64,000 bases of DNA from the human T2T-CHM13v2.0 reference genome, Homo sapiens. The translations under genes were made by a program, and so were the position numbers. Within the stretch, counting starts at the first letter, position 1; every line of letters begins with the position of its first letter. Of the stretch, positions 54,582 through 64,000 are shown piece after piece. The stretch is from NCBI RefSeq assembly GCF_009914755.1, contig NC_060925.1. One strand, given 5' to 3'. Below the pieces are notes generated by a model, which did no database searches, was not told the origin of the DNA, and saw nothing but the letters and a program-made list of their open reading frames with translations.

Positions 54582-55045
54582 TTAGGTTACTAAACCCCAC
54601 CTCATAAGGGTGTTGGGAGATGTAGTGAGGGAAAAAAAGACAGCATGCGAGAGGTGGCACTGCATGCAGAGTCACAGCCGGCTGCCTGGGCATGGATCCT
54701 GGCTCAGCTTACACTGTGGTCCTAGGCAGGTCACCTGGCCCCACATTGCCTCAATGTTCTCATCTAAAAAATGGGAACATTAATGATACTTGCATCCACC
54801 CTAATACAGGCTTGTTGACGATGACAGGAGTCAACAGAGGTGAAGCATGTGAAAAATGCCTGGCACACACCAGGCACTCAGTAGAGATGAGTTTCTTGTC
54901 TTGTGATCTTTCTAGAGGGCCTTTCTTACCCTATCCTCTGCTCAGGGCCTGCCCCACTTCTCAGCCTAGCCCTGAGGCTGCTCATCTCTTCCTCATCACT
55001 TCTGATTTTACAGTCCATTACTGGTTGGCTGCCATTACTCTAGAC

Positions 55046-55268
55046 TAAGAGTCTGCAAACTACAGCCCACAAGCCAAATCTGAGATGCTGCCTGTTTCTG
55101 TAAATAAAGTTTTATGGCAACGCAGATACACCCATTCATTTATGTACTGTCCCTGGCTGCTTCAGCCCTACAGCGGCTGCATTAAGTAGTTGTGAGACTG
55201 TATAGCCAGCAAAGCCTGAAATATTTACTACTACCTGGTCTCTTACCAGGAAAGCTTGCCGACCCCTG
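55046..55268 (+). mobile_element. MER58A hAT-Charlie MITE
   Basis: 'gcaaactacagcccacaagccaaatc...gtaaataaagttttat...gcaaagcctgaaatatttact...ttgccgacccctg'. Confidence 0.9.
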
Positions 55269-55276
55269 TTCTAGGC

Positions 55277-55990
55277 CAACACTGTCCAAAAAATGTATAA
55301 TATAAGCTACACATGTAATTTTCTTTCTTTTTTTTTTTTTTTGAGATGGGGTCTCACTCTGTTGCACAAGCTGGAGTACAGTGGCAGGATCTCGGTTCAC
55401 TGCAACCTCCTCCTCCCAGGTCCAAGCGATTCTTGTGCCTCAGACTCCCCGGTAGCTAGGATTACAGGTGCGCACCACCACGTCCAGCTAATTTTTGTAT
55501 TTTTAGTAGACACGGAGTTTCACCATATTGGCCAGGATGGTCTCAAACTCCTGACCTCAAGTGATCCGCCCACCTCAGCCTTCCAAAGTGCTGGGATGAC
55601 AGGGGTGAGCTACCACACCCGGCCTACATATGTAATTTCCTAGTAGCAACATTAAAAAAGGAAAAAGATACAGGTGAAAATAATTTTTATATTTCCTTTA
55701 ACTCAATATTCCAAAATGCTATCATTTTATTGAGTAATAACCATAAAAAACTATGAATGAGGTACCAAAATAATGCCCGTGTCTGATGCATGCACTACGC
55801 CGCAACAGTATCTGACAGGATGCAAAGGTGAAAGTGAACTGCAGTACTTCCCAAACAGTGCAACTGTCTGTAATGGAAACATATTCCTCACTGCTTTAGC
55901 TTTTAAATGTAAATGTAAATGAAAACTAAAAGTTCAGTTCCTCAGTTGTACCAGTTACATTTCCAGTGACTACCATACTGGACAATGCCG
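55277..55990. mobile_element. Charlie1/MER33-related hAT deletion derivative interrupted by an Alu
   Basis: Termini 'caacactgtcca' and 'ctaccatactggacaatgccg'; 'tagtagcaacattaaaaaagg...caggtgaaaataattttt'; 'ttcagttcctcagtt'. Confidence 0.75.
55322..55624 (-). mobile_element. Alu (AluSx/Sz-like)
   Basis: Dimeric Alu; 14-bp TSD taca(c/t)atgtaattt at 55308-55321 and 55625-55638. Confidence 0.96.
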
Positions 55991-56087
55991 ATCTGGGCAT
56001 ACCCCCTCCCTACGTATACTTACGCCCCTTCCATGCACACAGCAGATGAGTTTTCACATGGCTTCATTGACATGCAAAGTGATTTTC

Positions 56088-56407
56088 TCTTTTCCTTTTC
56101 TTTCTTTCTTTTTTTTTTTTTTTTTTAATGGGATTTTGCTCTGTTGCCCAGGCTGGAGTGCAGTGGCATGATCATAGCTCACTGCAGCCTCAAACTCCTG
56201 AGCTCCAGCGATCCTCCCAAATCGCTGGGACTACAGGTGTGCAGCACCATGCCCAGCTAATTAAAAAAATTTTTTTTTTTTTTTGTAGAGAAAAAATAGA
56301 GAAAACTATGTTGCCTAGGCTGGTCTCAGACTTCTGGGCTCAAGCGATCCTCTTGCCTCAACCTACTAAGATGCTACAATTACAGGCGTAAGCCTCTGCC
56401 CCCAGCC
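56088..56407 (-). mobile_element. AluJ
   Basis: 'gatcatagctcactgcagcctcaaactcctg'; TSD tgcaaagtgattttc / tacaaggtaattttc. Confidence 0.93.
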
Positions 56408-57829
56408 TACAAGGTAATTTTCAAGGGGGAGGGAATTTTAGGTGAGGAATGGGGGCAGAGATAGTGAAAGAAATATGTGGGGAGGGGGGTGTGGATGTCC
56501 CCAGGTTCCCCTGGTGGGTTCTGAGCCCCTGGGGAGAGAGAAGTCAGAGACAGAAGCCAAGGGAACTCCTCAAAGGGATTTAATGTGACTTTGGGCTCAA
56601 GCAAAGCTGCTCTGGGGCTCAGGTGACCCGGTGCCACCCTCTGTCTACCCAGCCTCCCACCTCTGTCCAGAGTCAGAACTGCCCTGGGCCTGAGGACTGG
56701 AGGCTTCAGACTATCCAGACAACCCACCGCAAGGAGTGGCCACCCCCCGACAGTGAGGACAGGAGCGCAGCGTCTCCCAGCAGCTTCCAGGGCAGCAATG
56801 TGCCTCAGTGTGAGGCAGTGCAGGAACGCAGGAGGGGAGCAGACACCCATGGTCCCTGCGGCTAATGGTCCTGTTTGTGGGCATCTGTAAGACCGCTTAG
56901 AGGACTCCTCAGAATCACTAGGAGCCAGTCTGGGCTGCATCCAGATGAGCATAGGCTCAGAGAGGCGAAGTGGCCACCCAAGACCACTCAGCCAATGACC
57001 CCTAGTAGAAGGTCAGCAGCCAGGAGCCCCAGGGAAGGAAGGAGAGAGAGGCCTGAGCAGGAGAGAGAGCTCAGGCTATTCTCCCTCCCAGCCGGGATCA
57101 AAGCACCCTGGAGTCTGCTCTCTGATGCACTCTGGGACCCGGGCAAGCCCATTTGCTACAGAGCAGCACAGGTTAGGCACAGGCATCCTGCTAGCAGTCC
57201 TGGGACATGGTCCAGGTAATCAGTGCCCTGGCCTGTGGATTTCTCCATATTGTATCTCATCCAGGAGAGCAAAATTTGAAGAAAGCTGGGAATGGTAAAT
57301 CCTTCTGCTAGGAATGAATGCTTAATGGAATAAGGAAAACTCCAAATAAGTGCCCAGGAACATCCCCGTGGAAAGGAGGGGTCATGTCAGCCAGCTCCAA
57401 GACCTTCTCAACTCATTCCTCCTTCTCAACTTGCTTGGTAGCTGAGCCCAGCTTTCTTCCCTCTGAGGCCAAATCCTACATCCTCTGCCACCCCTGTATC
57501 CTTTCTATCTGTGGTTCTTCCCAGCTCCATGGAACGTGAGAGCGAAAGCCTGCAGCCATCTCGCCCCCTGGCTCCTCGTCCCTCTAGGTACCCAGTGAGT
57601 CAGGACAACCCTGTGCTCTCCTCACCTGCTCCTCACAGCAGCTGCAGGCACCCTCCTTGGACACCGCTGTCTTCCCTGGACCAAGGTCATGGCTGGTCTG
57701 TTCATCTCACAGCTCATATGACCACACCTGCAGCAGCGGAGGTAGGTGTAGAATTGTGGCACCTCAGATGGAGCCAAAGTGGGGAGCACTTACCTAAAAC
57801 AAGACTGTTTTAGGTGGATGTAGCCATAT

Positions 57830-57985
57830 GATTGTGGGCATGTTATGTAACCACTTCATGCTTCAGTTTCCTCATCTGTAAAATGGGGATAATAAAGCAT
57901 CTGCCTCACAAAGTGACTGAGGAGGGGAAATGAGTTCATATGCGTACAAGGCATGAGTTCAACGTTTGTGAGCTACCATTGTCAT
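57830..57985 (+). mobile_element. MIR SINE
   Basis: 'gcttcagtttcctcatctgtaaaatggggataataaagcatctgcctcac'. Confidence 0.8.
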
Positions 57986-58028
57986 GAAAACCAATTTTAG
58001 CATTTTATTTGCAGCTGTGAGTTTATTT

Positions 58029-58063
58029 TACACTTGATCTTAGCCAGAATGCTAAGAAGTGAT
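58029..58063 (-). pseudogene. 3'-truncated U2 snRNA retropseudogene (nt 1-35)
   Basis: Minus strand ATCACTTCTTAGCATTCTGGCTAAGATCAAGTGTA versus U2 5' end ATCGCTTCTCGGCCTTTTGGCTAAGATCAAGTGTA (30/35). Direct repeat tgagtttatttta at 58018-58030 and 58069-58081. Confidence 0.9.
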
Positions 58064-58677
58064 GGTTATGAGTTTATTTTAATATGACCTACAGAAAATT
58101 TAAAATGACCTACGGAAAATTACAATCAAGCTCATAATTTGGCAGACCTTATTGTTTAGGTCAAAGCTAAGTAAACAAATCAATGTAAACATATTTAAAG
58201 AACATAAATAAATACTAGTGTAGGTGATAGGCTAGTGTGTCATGAATTGCCAAGATGGGGCACACAGACTATTTGGGAGCTATTGATCTAGTCTGAGCCC
58301 TCTAGTTCTATAAGGAGGAAACTCTAAACAGGAAGTAGTGAGCTGAGACCTTGGTCAACAATGTAGTCACCGGCTGGGTTGGGACCAGACAGTTGCCCCA
58401 TGCCCTGTCCTCCCTGTCCTGTCATTCTGCCCCCTCAACAGACTCATCAAGGTCACATTTAAATAAGTACACACAAAAGCAGCTTATGCATAGACAGCTT
58501 GTCATCAGACAGGATCACACGTAACACCCAGGTCAAATCCTCTGCCATGTCAAACAAGATAATCCCATGGAGTAAAAGCAACTCCTTTACAAAACAGGGT
58601 CAGGTGCTACTTTCTGACTCCAGGGTCAGAGAGGCTGGTGGAACTGGCTTCTCTGGCTCTGCCACTTCTTAACTGCG

Positions 58678-59065
58678 TGCTATGATTTGGATGTTCATTC
58701 CCCCAAATCTCATGCTGAAATTGGATCCCAGTGGTGGAGGTAAGGCCTAGTGGGAGGTGTTTGGATCATGGGGTGGATCCCTCATGAATGGCTTGGTAAC
58801 CTATCCCTCAAGAGCTGGTTGTCAAAAGGAGCTTGGCACCTCCCCTCTCTCTCTTGCTCCCTCTCACACCATGGGATCTCTGAACATGCCAGCTCCTCTT
58901 TGCCCTCTACCATGAGTGGAAGCAGCCTGAAGCCCTCACCAGTAGCCAGTGCTAGTACCATGTTTCTTGTATAGCCTGCAGAACCATGAGCCAAATAAAC
59001 CGCTTTTCTGTATAAATTACCCAGCCTCGCATATTACTTTATAGCAATACAAACAGATTAACACA
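58678..59065 (+). mobile_element. MST (MSTB-like) MaLR solo LTR inserted in a MIR
   Basis: 'tgctatgatttggatgtt...tgggaggtgtttggatcatgggg...cagaaccatgagccaaataaacc...ataaattacccagcctc'; TG...CA ends; MIR sequence on both sides. Confidence 0.92.
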
Positions 59066-59692
59066 CCATGTAACCTTGGAAATGTTGCTTAATCTCTCTG
59101 TGCTTCTGTTTTCAGATGTACAAACTGAGATAAGAGGTGGTAAATCTAGTGCACAGAATGTGAGGATTAAATGTGAGTTTCCTTTCTTCTTCCTCTAAGA
59201 GCAAGAGCAAGTACCTCCCGCCAAAGATATGGGAGAATCCTTACGTAGGAAGCTCTTTATCTATCTGTGAGTTCACCCATCACTCTCTGACTACAAAACC
59301 TTCAGCCACTCCCTGTTTCTTACCACTGCAAATCTGCAGGCCTCAACAATGTGGCCCCTTCCCATCAAGCCAACTTTATCTCCTTGGTCCCTAACACTTG
59401 TCCTAGCATATCCCATGCTCCCTCATGGCCCCATGGACAAGATGCATCCATACTGACTCCCAACCCCTGTACCATTTTCTTCCCCACATTGGTGTATAGA
59501 CTGATCTTGCAAAAACCCACATCTAATTAACCTTCCTCCTGAAAGCCTCTGCACAATTCACCCTTTCCTGTGGAATAAAGTCCAAACTCCCTACCACTGC
59601 AGTCACAGTCTCTCATCATCTAACCCCATTCCCTCTCCTGTAGTCATCCTTAGTTATCCATAATTCTCTCCCCACAGCACAGGCACACATGT

Positions 59693-59694
<2 letters not shown>

Positions 59695-59742
<48 letters not shown>
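59695..59742. repeat. (AC)24 microsatellite
   Basis: Perfect 48-bp dinucleotide run. Confidence 0.98.
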
Positions 59743-59745
<3 letters not shown>

Positions 59746-59869
59746 TCTACACTCAAGCCAGTCAGGTCCGCTCACTGTTCCTTCAATAGCTTGGGCTCCT
59801 TTGCACCTGCATATTTGTGCACTAGCTGCTTTTTATCCCTGGAACACTGCATTCCTTTCTTTGCTGGGT

Positions 59870-60337
59870 AAATGCCTTCTAACCCCTTAGCACTTTGCTG
59901 AAACAGAGCATTTTGTTTTGCAAACTCCCACCTCCACTCATCCCTTGCAGCTTAGGTGACTAAGTCCTGGCCAATAAGATGTAAGTGAAAATCACTGGGT
60001 GGAACTACCAAGAAGGCTCATTGAAAGGAGCACAGATGGCTGCATGGCCTTTCCACCTTTTTCTAGTTTTTTTATATATAATGGATGTGATGGCTGGTGC
60101 TCCAGCAGCCATCTTAGACACAAGGTCACCTTCAGAATGAAAATCATGCTCTATGGATGGAGAGGCCAAAGAGAGAAGTTGCCTGGGAATGCTGATATTG
60201 TGGTGCTACCATATACCAAGGCTAGACTGGCTCCCTTTGGTTCTTTTATGAGAGAGGAAGATAAACTCTTATGTGTTTAAGCCACTGTTATTTTAGTTTG
60301 TTGTTATATGCAGAAAATCGAATCCTAGCCAATATAA
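59870..60337 (+). mobile_element. MaLR solo LTR (MLT1J-like)
   Basis: 'tggccaataagatgtaagtg', 'gtgatggctggtgctccagcagccatctt', 'tgtttaagccactgttatttt'. Confidence 0.8.
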
Positions 60338-60419
60338 CAGACATACAAGTCATTTCCTGATTTGGCTCCTACACACCTCTCTAGCCACACATTTCCCCTC
60401 CCCACCCCCAAACCCCATA

Positions 60420-60800
60420 CTCCACACCTACTAATCTAATTTCAGTTTCCTCAATGCATCATGCTTTTCTCAGGCATCACACCCTTCCCCCTCTCCTCCA
60501 TATCCCTCCTCAGACCACCTGGGAACACCTGCTCAGCCTTCCAGACCCAGCTCAAGGAACACCTCCTCCGTGAAGCCTTTCCAGATGCACTCTCTATACT
60601 TCTCCCAGGCAGAAGTGACCATTCCTCCCACTCCGTATGCCCCCAAATATCTACCATGAACCCTCTAACATGTCATCATTTAGTCATCCACCTGTACCTC
60701 CGAGGTCCTGAGTTGCTTGAGGCAAGAGCTATTTCAATCATCTTTGTCTCCAGCATGTAGCCCAGGACCTGGGAACACTGAGCACAAGTAAAGTTGTTCA
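60420..60800 (+). mobile_element. L2 LINE 3' fragment
   Basis: 'ccttccagacccagctcaagg...cctcctccgtgaagcctttcc' and 'tgagttgcttgaggcaag...catctttgtctccagca'. Confidence 0.6.
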
Positions 60801-62369
60801 GGGAAAGTTCCCCTGAGGCAAGGTTTCATCTGGGATTCTGGCCCAAGGGGCAGGGCTATGTCCTTGGGAGAGGATGGGGGCTCCTGCAGGGCAAAAGGGC
60901 TTGCTCTTGAGCATATTCTGCCCTAGGAGGCACCAGGAAATGTCTGTTGGGTGGGTAAATGAATGTGCAACTCAACCTCCCTTCAAGCTTCTCTCTCTAG
61001 GATGCTGACTTCCTCCAGCCGTGGTGGTGCTGCCTGTCACCATCTGACCCTCTCTGCTTCCCTTCCCCTGCCATACTTAGCAGGCACTCACAGCTGGAGG
61101 CAGGAGGCTCTCAAAGTGAAGGGAAAAACTCTTAGCTGCCACCATCCTGAAACCTGCCCTCCCCACAGCCACAAAAGGCCAAGGAGCATGGAAACAGCTG
61201 CTGCAAGGAGACCAGTGAGCAGGAAGGTGGGGCAGCCTCACAGGAGCTGCCCTGACTGGGGCCTTCCCTCTAGCAGTGACCTTGACTTAGAGAAAGGACA
61301 CCTTCCATGGCCACTCAAACATACACATGACAGTTTCCCTCCACCTTCATTGCATACACTGAAGACAACTGGACAGAAAATAAAGAAAGTAAGGAGAACT
61401 TCCAGAACCATAGCCAGAAATGCAGAGTAACTTAAAGTAGCTCTGTTTTAATATATTGCTTGCTTCCCCCAAGGCCCTGCAGGGATGGAAGCTGTATCCT
61501 TCAAGGGCAATGGGATGAATAGTGGGGAGAGGAGAATGTTCAGGGGATCCTGGATTCTGCTCTTTCCAATGTGAATGGCCACCATATGGAAGAACGATTG
61601 GGCCACTCTCCCAGAAAGCTAATGATCAGTGTAGCATCAGCCCACACAGGAGTGGCCTGTCATGGGAGGCTCATACACTGTGTGCCATGAAGCAGTGGAC
61701 ATACTCAGAATCACATGCCACCACAAAGACTTCGGGTTCTGGGAACTTGGGACCTCCTGCCTTCTGGGGCTTCTTGGAACATCCATGCAGTCTGGCCCCA
61801 AGAATGCCAATTGCTCCTGATACCTGAGCCAACTTTCTGGGCTCCCCCTGTCTCATCAGGGATGCTCTCTATCTGCAGAGCACTACAAGTGGCTCAAGCC
61901 TGGTTCTCTGACTGCTTCAAAGGTCCTTCTCTTAATCTGGTTTACCTCACTCTTCTGCCTGCTTCTTGGAGCTCAGCTTCCTATGACTGGTGCCACAAAA
62001 GTTCCTAGGGTCACACACAGAGGGGCAGAGAAGCTGATCCACTGGAGAGGCTATTAGAACAGGTGGGAGGAGGCTGCACTGTGAACCAGGGTCTGGGGCC
62101 ATGCCTTTCCCACCACATCATAAGCATTAATTCATTAATTCATTCACAAAATATATATTTAATGTCTACTACATGCTAGGCATAATTCTGGGAATAAAGC
62201 AATAGAAAAAAAACATGTGATGAAATATATTCAGGGAAATATATTTTGGTTTACCAAAGTAGAAAGATTTCTGTCCTGCAGGAAGGACTCAGAATTTTTA
62301 CTATGTCAGCCACAGGTACTGTGACTTGCCCAGAAGGGTCTTAGCATATAGGCCCTTTGAGGAAGAAAC

Positions 62370-63350
62370 ATCAGTGTAGAAAATTTGAAAAACGTAGAAA
62401 TGCACAAAGAAGAAAATAAAAATTACTGGTAATCCAACCACTCAGAAAATACTCTTATAAACATTTTTTGTGTTTGTCACTGAAATATTTTTATATACAC
62501 ATCTATAACTGCATAGATGTACCCACCATAACTTACAAAACCAATTCCCACATTCTTGTGTATTTAGATTGTCTCCAGTCTCTTAATATTGCAAACAATA
62601 CAGTGAAGAGCATCCTTGTAAGTAATCCTGTATTAGTCAGTTCTCATGCTGCTAATAAAGACATACCCGAGACTGGGTAATTTATAAAGGAAAGAGTTTT
62701 AATGGACTTAGTTCCACATGGCTGGGGATGCCTCACAATCATGGTGGAAGACGTAGGAAGAGCAATGGGACGGCTTACATGGTAGCAGGCAAGAGAGTTT
62801 GTGCAGGGGAACTCCCATCTATAAAACCACCAGATTTCGAGAGACTTATTCACTATCACAATGACAGTAGGGGGGAAAATGCCCCCATGATTCAATTATC
62901 TCCACCTGGCCCCACCCTTGACACGTGGGAATTATTAAAATTCAAGGTGAGTTTGAGTGGGAACACAGAGCCAAACCATAGTAGATCCTTATCCATATCA
63001 GTGATTATTTTACTAGTATAAATCCTTGAAAGGGGAACTTATAGGTAAAAATGTAGAACTATTTGCTTTTATACTGCCAAAATGCCCTTTGGATATTTGA
63101 AGCAATTTATGCTCTTAACAGTGGTTGTTTACCATGCCTGGGTCCTCACACCCTAACAAACAAACAAACAAACAAAAAACAAAAAAACCCTAAGTATTTG
63201 GTTTTTATTTTTAAAAACTGCCATTTTGATAGGTAAAAATGGTTATCTCATTATTGTAACTTGCCTTTCTTATTACTAGGCAAACTAAACTTTTCCCATG
63301 TTTATTAGGCTTTTTGAATTTCTTTCTCTATTTTATATTTATTTTGTCCA
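62370..63350 (-). mobile_element. Ancient L1ME-type fragment split by a THE1 LTR
   Basis: 'atttagattgtctccagt...aaacaatacagtgaagagcatcctt', 'tactgccaaaatgccc', 'aaaatggttatctcattattgtaacttgc'. Confidence 0.65.
62629..62983 (-). mobile_element. THE1 (THE1D/C-like) MaLR solo LTR
   Basis: 'gctgctaataaagacatacccgagactgggtaatttataaagg'; TSD aatcc / gatcc at 62624-62628 and 62984-62988. Confidence 0.94.
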
Positions 63351-63364
63351 TTGCTGGGGAAGAA

Positions 63365-64000
63365 TTTTTTTAACTTTTAATTTTGCAATAATCTTAGAAT
63401 TACAGGAAAATTGCAAAGATAGTGCAGAGTTTCCATATACCCTTCAAACAATTTCATCTAATGTTAACATTCTCCATAACCATGGCACAGTTCTCAAAAC
63501 TAGAAATTTATTTATTTATTTAGAGACAGGGTCTTGCTCTGTTGCCCAGGCTGGAATGTAGTGGCACAATCATAGCTTACTATAACCTCAAATGGACCTA
63601 AGACTATATAGTCATGTGCTACCACGCCCAGGTAAACTAAGAAATTAACACTGGTACAATACAATGAACTAAACTCTAGACTTTATTTGGATTTCACCAA
63701 TGTTTTCTTGACTGTCCTTTTTGTCTTCCAGTATCTAATCCAGGATCTGACATTGCATTTAGATGTCACATCTCCTTAACTGTCCTCTGGTCAGTGATGG
63801 ATTTTAGCCTTTCCTTTTCATGATCATGATATTTTTGAAGAGTCCTGGTACAGTATTTTGTATGATGTCCCTCAATTTGGATTTGTCTTATGTTTTCTCG
63901 TGATTAAACAGGGGCTGTGGGTTTTTGGAGGAATGTCACAGAAGTGAAATGCCCTTTTCTCCATTTCTGAGGTCACGTGATACCAACAAGGTGCATTACT
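63365..64000 (-). mobile_element. L1MC4-type 3' end (runs off the window)
   Basis: 'aaaattgcaaagatagtgcagagtttccatataccct' and 'aatccaggatctgacattgcatttag'; same family as 38055-39805. Confidence 0.85.
63508..63633 (-). mobile_element. Alu right monomer (FRAM/AluJ-like) with internal deletion
   Basis: 'gagacagggtcttgctctgttgcccaggctgga...caatcatagcttact'; TSD aaacta(a)gaaatt on both sides. Confidence 0.8.

Overview
This is primate (most likely human) non-coding DNA, either intergenic or deep intronic, from a moderately GC-rich and MIR/L2-rich region. I found no protein-coding exon, rRNA, tRNA, CRISPR array or prokaryotic-type system. The supplied ORFs are explained by chance open frames, Alu/L1/LTR sequence or low-complexity repeats. 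The window holds about 18 Alu-family elements (most with readable target-site duplications), old L1M and L2 LINE relics, many MIRs, MaLR solo LTRs (MLT1, MST, two THE1), a ~1 kb ERV1 solo LTR, hAT-Charlie MITEs, one MADE1 mariner MITE, a 35-nt 3'-truncated U2 snRNA retrocopy and several micro/minisatellites. I cannot support a new biological system. The best leads are: (1) an ERV1 LTR with promoter motifs and a consensus splice donor inserted into a ~670-bp purine-pyrimidine tract; (2) a CpG-retaining stretch at ~7.5-7.9 kb dense in NF-kB/IRF/STAT/ETS motifs; (3) the miR-548-type MADE1 hairpin; (4) the tailless U2 retrocopy; (5) several insertion-mechanism footprints. Repeat subfamily names come from recalled consensus motifs, not a database search, and the boundaries of old repeats are approximate.
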